A stretch of DNA of 64,000 nucleotides from Rubripirellula sp. (GCA_965216875.1 OZ244207.1:1344001-1408000), one strand, 5' to 3'; numbered from the stretch's first letter, positions 41,170 to 51,298 are shown. The notes: a model not told the origin generated them from the sequence alone. Numbers and translations: made by a program.

Positions 41170-41335
41170 TCTTTGCGCGATAACGCCTGTTCGGACGCCC
41201 GCGTCTTCTTCGTAGGTCATGCTTCGCATGACAAAGCGTTCGCATAGCGGGCTGTTGAGTGCAAGGCTCGACGCTAGTGCTACGGATTGCAATTGCGATA
41301 CCACCAGCAGGAATCCTTGCCCAAGTTCACGCAAC

Positions 41336-41435
41336 TGAGCCGCGATCGCGTAAGCGGCCGGGCCCTAATCACCTTCACTCGCTGCGCGTCGGCAAGGGCC
41401 CGAGGCCTGACGGCCAGCGGCTCACGGGCATTGCC
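41336..41435. repeat. REP-like palindromic unit TGAGCCGC...GCGGCTCA, copy 2
   Basis: Nearly identical to 6621-6722. Confidence 0.9.
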
Positions 41436-41629
41436 CAAACGGCGCAAGAAGTTGCTAAGGCCCAACGCTAGCGCGTGCGTCTCACGAAGAATCGGCCTCT
41501 CCGCGTTGTAAACGCGGCATCAGGCACGGAGAAACCGCAGCGGAAAGTGCAGTTTTCTTGGGAAAAGTTCTCGTCAGCTTGCCGGAGGGGCAACGCATAT
41601 CGATCAACGCCTGAACCGTGCTTTCGCTA

Positions 41630-42655
41630 TCACCGTCGTCGTCGGCCACGCGAATCGATTTGGCCGTCGCCATCTCGGTCTTCGCCGTAGGGGACTGCGC
41701 CTTCGAAATAGACGCCTTGCCGACGACCTTTGTCGACATGCTGTGAGTAGACTTTCTTGGCTGTCGTCGATGCGAAGGTGCGGTTTGCTTTCAGCAGCGT
41801 CTTGGTGATCTCGTCGCCGCTTGCGTCCAAGGAAATTTGGTGCATGACTTCACCCTTGAGTCCGAACTCGCCGGGTCGAATCACGACGATGCTCGGTTCT
41901 GATTTTGCTCCTTTGATTTGCGTTGTCCATTTCCTCTCGGTTTCGAAGTCGATGTGAAACCGTCCGACGATCGCTGGATTGTTGGCGACTTGCTTGAAGG
42001 ATTCTCGTAACTCGTCTTCGTTGTCGGGGGCATGCACAAGCACGAGGACACGTTGGTCGGCCGACGCGACATTGAGTGCTTGCCGGAAGCTATGGAAATC
42101 TTGAACCAAAGCCTCGCGTTGATCGTCGGTCGTTGGATAACGCAATGCCAATTGGTTGAGTGCATTGATCGCCGAGCTGGTACGTCGACCGAAGAGGTGC
42201 TCGGGACCGCGATGCGCGCTTGACAACCAATCTTGGCCGTCGGGTGACAGCAACACAAAGACGCTGTTTTCGAATCGACCGTTCAGGAAAGTGCGAACGT
42301 ACTTTTGATACGTTTCACTTTCATAGGAATCGATGCGGACGCATACGAAATCACGTGTGGCGTTGATGAATTCTTTCGTCGCGAACAGACCGTTCTGCGT
42401 GGCGGTGTAGCCGGGTCAGAAGACTCCCGAGATTCCGTGGCACTGCGTGGCGGCGGCAACAAACATGATCGGTCGTCCGCTACGTTTCGCTTCGGCAAGT
42501 CCCGTCTCCCAGGTCGTGTACCATTTGATTCCGGGAGCACCCAACGCGAGTTTTGAGGCTCCAAGATCGGACGGGCGCGGACCTTGAGCCGACACGCTTG
42601 TGGCGGTCAAAAGGAGCCCCAAGAGGGCGAGTCCTGTTGGAAATCGATAAAACAC
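41630..42655 (-). CDS. Candidate selenoprotein: secreted thioredoxin-like protein with in-frame UGA at codon 80
   Basis: GTG start at 42655 with GGGAG RBS and signal peptide. ORFs 42416..42745 and 41630..42256 share a frame and are separated only by TGA 42416-42418. Read-through gives ...RPIMFVAAATQCHGISGVF-U-PGYTATQNGLFATKEFINATRDFVCVRIDSYE... Confidence 0.75.
42380..42399 (-). promoter_or_regulatory. Putative bacterial SECIS hairpin
   Basis: mRNA CGC-A-GAAC-GGUCU-GUUC-GCG. The loop starts 25 nt after the UGA and begins with GG. Confidence 0.65.
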
Positions 42656-42793
42656 GCTATTCTCCCGGCGCAATTGGATTTCTCGTCTCCCATTTAACAC
42701 GTGGTGACCATCGAGGTTTCCACAGGTAGCAGCGAGATTTTGCAAAAAATGCGGGCAAGCGTCCCTTCATCCGATACGTGTGAGACCGACTGA

Positions 42794-43363
42794 GTGGAAG
42801 CCCTGATCTTTGATTGCGATGGTACGTTGACCGACTCGATGCGAGCCCACTGGGTCGCGTGGCGAGACGCACTTCGCCGACAAAACATGGAATTGGACGA
42901 GCAGAGTTTTTATCAACACTCGGGCACGCCCTCCAAACGCGTGATCCCAATGTTGGCGGCCGAGCAGGGAGTGACGGTGGAGTTTGAGCGCGCGCTTGCT
43001 GATAAAGAAGAGTTCTTTCTTCAGTCGCTCGAACTCCTGGAACCGATTCCGCGTGTTGTTGAAATCGCTGATGCTCATCGCGGAAAAACAAAGATGGCGG
43101 TTGCCAGTGGTGGCACGCGGCGTCTGGTCCATCACCAACTCAAGCAAGTGGGCATCTTCGACTGGTTCGACACCATCGTGACCTGCGAAGACACTGAGAA
43201 GCACAAACCCGATCCTGATGTTTTTCTCGAAGCAGCGCGGCGATTGGAAGCCAAGCCGCAACACTGCCGAGTCTACGAAGATGGATTGCCGGGTTTCGAA
43301 GCCGCGCGGCGAGCCGGCATGGAGTGCATCGACGTCAGAACGATGACGGTGATCACGCCGTAG
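42794..43363 (+). CDS. HAD-superfamily phosphatase (beta-PGM/YqaB-like)
   Basis: LIFDCDGTL.DS, VASGG, KP.PD.FL, V.ED...G..AA..AGM. Confidence 0.9.
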   Translation: MEALIFDCDGTLTDSMRAHWVAWRDALRRQNMELDEQSFYQHSGTPSKRVIPMLAAEQGVTVEFERALADKEEFFLQSLELLEPIPRVVEIADAHRGKTKMAVASGGTRRLVHHQLKQVGIFDWFDTIVTCEDTEKHKPDPDVFLEAARRLEAKPQHCRVYEDGLPGFEAARRAGMECIDVRTMTVITP

Positions 43364-43547
43364 GTCATGCTCTGCATCGTCGCCTTTCGCTCCGAGGCGG
43401 TTGTAGGGCCTGACGCTAGCGGTTCGTAGTACCGCCTTCAGGCGGATTGCATAAGAATTCCCGTGAGGCGAACGCGCTAGCGTCGCGGATTGGAGTTACG
43501 GTGACATGAGGTAAAGTGCTTGCCCTGGTTAACGCGTGCTCCAACAA

Positions 43548-43654
43548 TCACCCTCCCGCTTGCGGGAGGGTCGGACGCAAAGTCCGGGGAGGGAATGAAC
43601 CGTTGCAAAAGACCCTCTCCGGGCCTTAGAGCCCGACTCTCCCAAGGGAGAGTG
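43548..43654. repeat. Intergenic palindromic repeat (CCCTCCC family), copy 2
   Basis: Matches 9311-9413. Confidence 0.9.
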
Positions 43655-43774
43655 TTAACGTGCGTAAGTAGTTGCTCTGGTGGCACCAAGATTGCAATCC
43701 GCGGCCCTAGCGTCGGGCTCTTGGCCACCTGCTGAAGCGTTCAAGGCTCTGCCGGTGACGCGATCGCGGCTCAA

Positions 43775-45016
43775 TTACTTCATCACCTTGCGCATCCATG
43801 CCATGGCTGCTTTGGCGATCCTTGGCTGCAGGATGTCGGGGTGGCCGGCCATCATCGTTTGGGTCGCGTAGATCTTGCCTTCTGGCGATTGAACGACCAA
43901 ACGCACGTCACCGCCGGGCTGAGGATGATCGGGCGTTGGTACCAGGGACGGGTACTCGTCGATCATGAGTAGCCAGTCGCTTTGTAGCTTTTCGCGGAAC
44001 CATGTGAGCGCCTCCGCTTCGTCAGCACTGCCGGTAATCCGAGTCACATCTTCGGCGGTCGCCAGCGAAACTCCACCTCGAAATGCGGGGGTGTCTCCGA
44101 GTGCGGCGAACCAGTCACCAAGTGGTGCGGCGTGGCCGAGTTCGATCAACGACATGGTTTGCTGGCGATCGATCAGTGTTTTTTCGATGGCGTGTTGCTG
44201 TTCAAAACCTTCACCGTCGCCAAAATGCAAATCGCCGACGCGCTCGAGAATCTCCTGGCGAGTTTCCTCGATCATCCGTTCACATTGCACGTCCGATTCG
44301 GCGATCGCGGTGATTCGCAGCGAAATCGTTGCGGCGCTCACCGTGATTCCCACTCGCGGTTGACGGTCTCGGGCGATCATCGTGCCGAGCCGCTGTTCCA
44401 TGTCACTTTCGCCGGTCCCAAAGAACTTCATCACGAGGTGTTGGATACAGCTTGCACCTCCGGTTTGATCGAGCACGCGATGCATGACGGTGTCGTCAAA
44501 CATCCGCTTCATTTCCGCGGGCACACCGGGAAGTGCATAGATATGACACTCGGGTTGGTTCTCGCGCGGTACGGCAAGATCAACCCCCGGGGCCGTGCCC
44601 TGAGGATTGAAAATCTCGTCGCTACCTTCGGGGAACATCGCCTGGGCCTTATTCCGCTCAGGCATTTCGCGATTGCGTCGCGAAAAGATCTGTTCGATGT
44701 GAGCAAGCGCCGACTGACGCAAGACCAGCGGACGATCGACCATTGCGGCGAGCGCTTCGCGGGTCAGGTCGTCGCGCGTCGGACCGAGTCCTCCGGTCGA
44801 AACGACAACGTCGACGCGCCGCGCTGCGGTGCGAAAGACTTCGATGTTGTCGGCAAGCGTGTCTGCGACCGTTGTGTGATGCGTGACCACCACGCCCAGT
44901 TCGCCCAGTCGCCGACTGAGCCATTGGCCGTTGGTGTCTAGTCTTGCACCGCTGGTCATTTCGTCGCCGATTGAAATGACTTCAGCGGTCAGATTCCGTC
45001 TGTTCGACTCGCTCAT
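43775..45016 (-). CDS. cinA: CinA-like competence/damage-inducible protein
   Basis: ISIGDEM..G...DTN, TGGLGPT.DDLTRE, N..GTAPG, LPGVP.EM. The C-terminal domain is divergent. Confidence 0.85.
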   Translation of the reverse strand: MSESNRRNLTAEVISIGDEMTSGARLDTNGQWLSRRLGELGVVVTHHTTVADTLADNIEVFRTAARRVDVVVSTGGLGPTRDDLTREALAAMVDRPLVLRQSALAHIEQIFSRRNREMPERNKAQAMFPEGSDEIFNPQGTAPGVDLAVPRENQPECHIYALPGVPAEMKRMFDDTVMHRVLDQTGGASCIQHLVMKFFGTGESDMEQRLGTMIARDRQPRVGITVSAATISLRITAIAESDVQCERMIEETRQEILERVGDLHFGDGEGFEQQHAIEKTLIDRQQTMSLIELGHAAPLGDWFAALGDTPAFRGGVSLATAEDVTRITGSADEAEALTWFREKLQSDWLLMIDEYPSLVPTPDHPQPGGDVRLVVQSPEGKIYATQTMMAGHPDILQPRIAKAAMAWMRKVMK

Positions 45017-45485
45017 CGTTTTCTTGTTCTTGATACAAAGAGGCATGGGGCTGCCGGATTGTAAGGGTCAAGGCACGTTTTGGCACTTGCCCCAAGATCA
45101 AGACACGATTGAGTTGATGATCGTTGCGATCAAACAGGACGCGATGTTCCATCCAATTCGGCCGCTGACGATCAGCTGGCTCGATTTCGAAGTACCACCA
45201 AACATGCGAGCGTTTGTTTTCGCGGCCCACCCAGTGGTACGTCACCAGTCCGTCTTGGTCCTTTCGTGTCTTGGCTTTGTCGACACGAAAAGTCTGCCGC
45301 AGGTAATCGATCACCCACTTTGAATCTTCACGTTTGTTGGCCAGTTCACCTCGGAGCCGTTGTTCATCAAGCGGCCCAAGCCGCATTGCGACTTCGAGTC
45401 GGTTGGTTCTTCGGTTCCATTCGACTTCGGTGTAGGTCTCGTGGACCGGATGCATCAGGAGCGATGTGAGAAGCAGAGCAAGCAT
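44982..45485 (-). CDS. DUF6702-like secreted protein
   Basis: Short signal followed by HP.H.T..EVEWN....LEV. Coupled to the M1 peptidase gene. Confidence 0.65.
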   Translation of the reverse strand: MLALLLTSLLMHPVHETYTEVEWNRRTNRLEVAMRLGPLDEQRLRGELANKREDSKWVIDYLRQTFRVDKAKTRKDQDGLVTYHWVGRENKRSHVWWYFEIEPADRQRPNWMEHRVLFDRNDHQLNRVLILGQVPKRALTLTIRQPHASLYQEQENDERVEQTESDR

Positions 45486-45491
45486 TCGACG

Positions 45492-48119
45492 TCACTCCTT
45501 GTCTTCGCTGTCGTCGTCGCCAGATGTCGCAGGCTCAGGCTCTTGGTCGGAGGGTTCTTTGTCTGCCGGCTCTTTGTCCTCCGTCTGATTATCGGAGGGC
45601 TTTTCTGGCGTCTCAGGCTTCTCTTTCGAATCCGATTTTGGTTCAGGCTTGTCTTCGGATTGATCGTCTTTGTCGCTGTCCTGTTTTGACGGCTTCTTTT
45701 CGTTGTTCTTGTCGTCGTCGGAAGCCACTTTCTTTTTGATGGCTTCTTCCTTGGTCGTGAATCCGCCTTTTTCTTTTTTCTTGCCGAGGCCGGCACGCTG
45801 CATTTCGTTGGAGCCCTTACCACTCTTGTAGAGCTTGAATCGGCTTGGGACCAATCGCGGCGGCCAATGGTTGTTGGAGACCTCGGTATCGGCGGTTTGG
45901 CGTTTGGGATCGATTTCGATGCGAGTGATTTCTTTGTCCGTGATGATCAATCGGCTCGCTTTGGAGCTGTCATGACGCCAGATCTGTACCGGAAAGGTCA
46001 TCATTTCGCTTGTGCTGTCGGCATAGTGAACGCGGATGATGATCGGCATCACCAAGCCGCCGACGTTGCGAAAGCGAACGACATAGAAATTCGTTGACCG
46101 CCGCAGCAAAGCATGTTGCTCGTCGTCGAGTCCGTCGAGGTATTTTTGGTAGGCCTTGCGAGCCGACTCTTCAACCTTGCTTGGGTCGTAGTCGTCGCTG
46201 TTGTAGTAATCCTTCAGACCGGGTTGCCAGTCGATGCGTTTGGGCAATTCCGCATTGCGTTCTTTGGTGACGGTGTCATCGCGGGCTTCTTTGTCTTTGC
46301 GTTTTCGCTCGGCGGCTTCATCAGGATCGCTGTTGTCGATTTGGTAGAGCTTCACTTCATCGATCGCGATGTCGACGTGATCGGTGCTGTAGAACCAACC
46401 ACGCCAAAACCAGTCGAGGTCGACACCTGAGGCATCTTCCATCGTGCGAAAGAAATCGGATGGAGTAGGCCGTTTGAACTTCCAACGCAGCGCGTACTCA
46501 CGAAAGGCAAAGTCAAACAGTTCGCGCCCCAGAATGGTTTCACGAAGAATGTTGAGCGCCGTGGCCGGTTTTGAATAGGCGTTTGGTCCAAACTGCAAAA
46601 TCTCTTCGCTGCCCGTCATGATCGGGCGTTGGTTGCCGCCGCGCATGTATCCGACAATGTTTTCGGGATCGCCGCGGCGAGAGGGATAATCTTCTTCCCA
46701 CTCCTGTTCGGCCAAGTATTGAAGGAACGTGTTCAGACCTTCGTCCATCCATGTCCACTGCCGTTCGTCGCTGTTGACGATCATGGGATAGAAGTTGTGG
46801 CCGACCTCGTGAATGATGACCGAGATCAAACCGTACTTGGTTGCTTTGGAATACGTTCCGTCCGATTCGGGACGCGGGCCATTGAAGCAGATCATCGGGT
46901 ATTCCATCCCGTAGATTGGCCCGTTGACGCTGATGGCGACTGGATAGGGATAGTCGAACGAATACCTTCCATACACTTCCAAGGTGTGGGCGACCGCCTC
47001 GGTCGAATACTGACTCCACAGCGGTTCGCCTTCGTTAGGCCAAAACGACATTGCCAGGACTTTCTTGCCGGCAACGTCGACGCCCATCGAGTCCCAGATG
47101 AACTTTCGACTGGCTGCGAAAGCAAAGTCACGAACGTTTTCGGCGTGGAAGATCCACGTCTTGGTCTCGTCACTCCGTTTGGATTCGTTCGCTTTTGCCT
47201 CTTCGGGAGTAATCACGAAGACGGGCTTCTTGGCCTTTTTTGACTCGGCGAGCCGCTGGATCCATTTGGGATCCAGGACCTCTTTTTCGTTTTGCAGTTC
47301 GCCGGTTGCGCTGACGACCATATTCTTGGGCGCCGTGATGCGAACTTCATAGTCACCAAGTTCGAGAGTGAATTCGCCGCGGCCGAGGAATTGCTTGTGT
47401 TGCCATCCGGTGTAGTCGGTGTAGGCGACGATTCGCGGAAACCACTGAGCGATTTCGTAGAGATAGTTCTTGTCTTCTTCGAAGTACTCGTAGCCCGCGC
47501 GTCCGCCGATCAGCTTGGCGTCGATGATGTTGTACCAGAAGTCGATGTTGATCTCGGTTGAATCGCCGGGGGGAAGTGGACGATCCAAGTCCAACCGCAT
47601 CATCGTTTTGACGGTGACATGTTCGATGGGGTCGCCATCGCGGTCGGTGACCGATTCGATCTTGAATCCACCGTCGAATGTTTCGCGAGCCAAGATTGAC
47701 CGAAGCGAGTTGAACGAAACGCGCGACGACAAATTGGGTGCGGCTGACGTGCGAGCTGCATCGGAGTCGGGTCGGAAGCGGTTTTGATCAAGCTGGATCC
47801 ACAAGTACTTCAGCGTGTGTGGCGAGTGATTGTGGTACGTGATCTTTTCGCTGCCCTTGAGTCGCTGATGTTTGTCATCGAGCGTAACGTCGATCACATA
47901 GTCCGCGCGTTGTTGCCAATAGGCCGGACCGGGGGCGCCTGATGCGGTGCGGAACGAGTTGGGCGTCGGGAGCCATGATTCGATCTGATAGAAGCGGTCG
48001 ATCGAATCGGTATGTTTCGAGTTTGTAAGCGGCTGGGCGCTGGCGACCGAGCATAGTGAGGCCAAGCAAGTGAGGTAGGACAGGAGAGCAAGAGCGGCAC
48101 GGGAGGTGTTGCGAATCAC
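45492..48119 (-). CDS. M1 family zinc aminopeptidase, secreted, with acidic tail
   Basis: YWQQRADY, GMEYPM, HEVGH...WMDEGLN (HEXXH-X18-E), AYSKPA. Confidence 0.92.
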   Translation of the reverse strand: MIRNTSRAALALLSYLTCLASLCSVASAQPLTNSKHTDSIDRFYQIESWLPTPNSFRTASGAPGPAYWQQRADYVIDVTLDDKHQRLKGSEKITYHNHSPHTLKYLWIQLDQNRFRPDSDAARTSAAPNLSSRVSFNSLRSILARETFDGGFKIESVTDRDGDPIEHVTVKTMMRLDLDRPLPPGDSTEINIDFWYNIIDAKLIGGRAGYEYFEEDKNYLYEIAQWFPRIVAYTDYTGWQHKQFLGRGEFTLELGDYEVRITAPKNMVVSATGELQNEKEVLDPKWIQRLAESKKAKKPVFVITPEEAKANESKRSDETKTWIFHAENVRDFAFAASRKFIWDSMGVDVAGKKVLAMSFWPNEGEPLWSQYSTEAVAHTLEVYGRYSFDYPYPVAISVNGPIYGMEYPMICFNGPRPESDGTYSKATKYGLISVIIHEVGHNFYPMIVNSDERQWTWMDEGLNTFLQYLAEQEWEEDYPSRRGDPENIVGYMRGGNQRPIMTGSEEILQFGPNAYSKPATALNILRETILGRELFDFAFREYALRWKFKRPTPSDFFRTMEDASGVDLDWFWRGWFYSTDHVDIAIDEVKLYQIDNSDPDEAAERKRKDKEARDDTVTKERNAELPKRIDWQPGLKDYYNSDDYDPSKVEESARKAYQKYLDGLDDEQHALLRRSTNFYVVRFRNVGGLVMPIIIRVHYADSTSEMMTFPVQIWRHDSSKASRLIITDKEITRIEIDPKRQTADTEVSNNHWPPRLVPSRFKLYKSGKGSNEMQRAGLGKKKEKGGFTTKEEAIKKKVASDDDKNNEKKPSKQDSDKDDQSEDKPEPKSDSKEKPETPEKPSDNQTEDKEPADKEPSDQEPEPATSGDDDSEDKE

Positions 48120-48334
48120 CAGTGGGTTGCCTTTGGAGCGAGAGCGAAAACAGAAAGGTCAGGTGGGGCGTCACGTCACTGTTTCCAGCGGATGACGGTT
48201 GGAGGCGATGAGGGGGTGATTCTCGATGCCTCGGGAATGAATAGGTCACAGTGTAGTCCGCCCGTTGCCAATCCTGGGAAATCGCACCATCCTGTAGGCT
48301 AGGGAACACACTTTTTTTCTACCCACCACCGTCT

Positions 48335-49552
48335 GTGACGAATTTGACTCGCCCCGCCCGCTCCATCGGTTATTGCACCAACGTCCACGCTGGCGTTGAC
48401 CTTCCCGCAATTCGCGAAAACCTGCTTGAATTCGCGGTCCCTGCTCGCTCACTTGTCGTTGACAACGACATGGATCCCCTGGGGGTCGGCTTATGGTTGC
48501 CTGCCGAGGCGGCTCGCCAGCTTTCCTCCGGTGGCGAAGCTTCGAGCCTTGCCGATTTCCTGCGTCAGAACCGCTTGCGTCCCTACACGATCAACGGCTT
48601 CCCTTACGACAACTTTCATCAAGACGTCGTCAAGCTCCAGGTCTACAAGCCGACTTGGTGGGAAAGCGAGCGACTTGAATACACCAAACAGCTCGCCGAT
48701 GTGCTCGAGGGATTGCTCCGTGGCGAGGACGAATCGGCAGTCGGTTCGATCAGCACACTGCCGATCGGATGGCCGGACGCGGAGGCGACCGCCGAGAACC
48801 TTGACCAAGCGGGCGCCAATCTAAGATCGCTTGCCGATCATCTACGACAGATCGAAGCCAAGACGGGTCGCCGAATCGTTGTTGCGATCGAGCCTGAACC
48901 GGGGTGCATTCTCGACACCACCGCAGACGTGATGGATTGGTTTGAGAAGCACTTGCCCGAGACGCATCACCGAAAGTACTTAACGGTCTGCCACGACATC
49001 TGTCACTCAGCGGTGATGATGGAACCGCAACCGACGGTATTGCGGCAACTTGCCGACGCTGGGATCACGATTGGCAAGGTCCAAGTCAGTAGCGCGATTG
49101 TTGTTGATTTCGCGAGCGGTGACGCGTCTGACAAATCAGCAAAGGTCGACCAGCTTCGCGCCTTTGCCGAGGATCGCTACATGCATCAAACCGGGCGTCT
49201 TAAACTTGATGGTTCCTTCGAACTTTGTGATGACCTGCCCGAGTTGATCGTCGATTTCGATCGGGACGGTGAATCGAGGAGCGACCAGCGCTGGGTCGTC
49301 CACTTCCATGTGCCGATTTTCCTTCAGCAGTTCGGTGCGCTGGCCACCAGTCAGCAGGATGTGCTCGAATGTCTGCGAACCCTATCCGGCGACGACGGCT
49401 CTAACCAATCAGCGATCGACTTCACGGGACATCTCGAGATCGAAACCTACGCCTGGACCGTTCTTCCTGAGCCTATGCGACAGCGGGGCCTCGCGGCCGA
49501 TATCGCTGCCGAGTTCCAATGGCTCGATGGGGTGCTTCGCGGGATGGTCTAG
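48335..49552 (+). CDS. eboE: EboE-like TIM-barrel protein
   Basis: YCTNVH, T.NGFPY..FH...VK..VY.P.W, EPEPGC, D.CH.AV, RY.HQ, HFHVP.F, EIETY.W..LP. Confidence 0.85.
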   Translation: MTNLTRPARSIGYCTNVHAGVDLPAIRENLLEFAVPARSLVVDNDMDPLGVGLWLPAEAARQLSSGGEASSLADFLRQNRLRPYTINGFPYDNFHQDVVKLQVYKPTWWESERLEYTKQLADVLEGLLRGEDESAVGSISTLPIGWPDAEATAENLDQAGANLRSLADHLRQIEAKTGRRIVVAIEPEPGCILDTTADVMDWFEKHLPETHHRKYLTVCHDICHSAVMMEPQPTVLRQLADAGITIGKVQVSSAIVVDFASGDASDKSAKVDQLRAFAEDRYMHQTGRLKLDGSFELCDDLPELIVDFDRDGESRSDQRWVVHFHVPIFLQQFGALATSQQDVLECLRTLSGDDGSNQSAIDFTGHLEIETYAWTVLPEPMRQRGLAADIAAEFQWLDGVLRGMV

Positions 49553-49683
49553 GCGACGAGATCGCCAAGCCGACCGAGCGGTGGAGCTCGCTGCAAATCG
49601 GAGCTCTACAACAATTCGACGATTCCGAGTACAACGCTGGTCCGAGCCTTATTAACCACACCTGAAAGAGAACCCTTCGATCG

Positions 49684-50400
49684 ATGATTGAACTAGGCGT
49701 CAACATTGACCACGTTGCCACTTTGCGACAAGCGCGCCGAACCTACGAGCCTGATCCCGTGATCGCAGCGGCGATGGCCGAGCAGGGTGGGGCCGATGGG
49801 ATCACCTTTCACCTCCGCGAAGACCGCCGACACATTCAAGAACGTGACGTCGAATTGCTCGTTCAAACAGTGACAGTCAAAACGAACTTTGAAATCGCCT
49901 GCGCAGACGACGTGGTTTCGATTGCTTGCCGAGTCAAACCAGACTGGGCGTTGCTCGTCCCCGAAAGTCGCGAAGAAGTGACGACTGAAGGTGGACTCGA
50001 TGTGGCCGCTGACAAAGGTCGTGTTGCAGACGCAATCAAACGACTTCAGGACGCCGGTATTCTGGTCAGTCTTTTTGTTGATCCCGATGTACACCAAGTC
50101 GAAGCGTCAGCCGAACTCGGTGTCGACGCCGTCGAACTGCATACGGGACCCTACGCGCTCGCTCGACGCGATGATCGGACCAATGAGCTGGCACGCTTGA
50201 TCGAATCGGGTCGGGTGGCCAATGCCGCGGGCATGCGTCTCCATGCAGGCCACGGACTCAATTACGTCAACGTCCGGGATGTTGCCGCAATTCCGAACAT
50301 GGTCGAGTTGAACATTGGGCACTCGATTGTGAGTCGTGCGGTGATGGTAGGGATGCGCGACGCAGTCTCTGAGATGCGGCGAATTCTGGATTTAGCTTGA
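49684..50400 (+). CDS. pdxJ: Pyridoxine 5'-phosphate synthase
   Basis: [48 protein letters not shown]. Confidence 0.97.
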   Translation: MIELGVNIDHVATLRQARRTYEPDPVIAAAMAEQGGADGITFHLREDRRHIQERDVELLVQTVTVKTNFEIACADDVVSIACRVKPDWALLVPESREEVTTEGGLDVAADKGRVADAIKRLQDAGILVSLFVDPDVHQVEASAELGVDAVELHTGPYALARRDDRTNELARLIESGRVANAAGMRLHAGHGLNYVNVRDVAAIPNMVELNIGHSIVSRAVMVGMRDAVSEMRRILDLA

Positions 50401-50560
50401 ACGTCGGCCTGCATCTGGTTTGAACGTCAGCTTGCGCCGGAGCGTTCTGGTTCCCAGCGTATCCAAATAGGTGGACCTTTGCGCAGTTGCCCCTGCTGTG
50501 CACAACGTAGAATGGAGCCATTGGCACGACGGGCACCATTCACGGGGAGGTTTGTGTGGG

Positions 50561-51298
50561 ATGGCTGGGCACAAGGCAGGCGCCAAGCGAACACCGCATA
50601 CGATTCCAAGTAAGTCGCAAGGTGAAGGCAAGCAAACACTTCAGCTTTTGACTGCGATCAGCGCATTGTTTCAGACGGTCATCGCGATCGTCCTTGGAAT
50701 CTTTTCGATCTATCTTATTGTCGCGATCGAAGCGAGCGAGAAGCGGATTCAGGAGCAACTCAGCACGATCGAGCTCAATGTAGCCTCGAGTACGCGCATG
50801 TCGCCAACGCGCCAGCTGACCATTACCGATTTGGGACCGGCGAGCGATCCTAACAGCCGCGCCTATCGGGTTCGTTTTGAGTATGAGTTTGTTAACAACA
50901 GCGACAAAAAGGTTGAGGTTTCTTACGCAATCGTTCATGCGTTGATGGCAGAAACCCCCGAGCTAACCGCCGGAACGGTGATTAACCTGAAACAGTCGGG
51001 CGGCGACCTGGCATGGGTCAACGTTCTGAACCAAGGCAACTATTTCAAACCGAATTGGACCAGCGCAAAGAAGGTAACCTGTCCAGACGGTAAGAAGATG
51101 CAATTGGCCAAGGGGGGCGGTGGGACCGGGATTTTGCATTCGGGCGAAACTTCGGCAGGTATGGCCGATTTTGTACTCGTCGGCAAACCAGGTGATGCGA
51201 TTGCCGTGAAGGCCGCCTTTGGATTCGACGACAACCAGGAACACGCAGAGCACTGGAAAGCGACGCTATCGGACATTCTTCCAAACCCTGAGACTTAG
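50561..51298 (+). CDS. Hypothetical protein with N-terminal TM anchor
   Basis: GGGGAGG RBS; TM ISALFQTVIAIVLGIFSIYLIVAI. Confidence 0.7.
   Translation: MAGHKAGAKRTPHTIPSKSQGEGKQTLQLLTAISALFQTVIAIVLGIFSIYLIVAIEASEKRIQEQLSTIELNVASSTRMSPTRQLTITDLGPASDPNSRAYRVRFEYEFVNNSDKKVEVSYAIVHALMAETPELTAGTVINLKQSGGDLAWVNVLNQGNYFKPNWTSAKKVTCPDGKKMQLAKGGGGTGILHSGETSAGMADFVLVGKPGDAIAVKAAFGFDDNQEHAEHWKATLSDILPNPET

Noticed and set aside
41630..42655. Simple pseudogene or two-gene interpretation
   Set aside because: Not excluded but disfavoured: the single TGA lies at the predicted redox site, is followed by a SECIS-like hairpin, and there are no other lesions.
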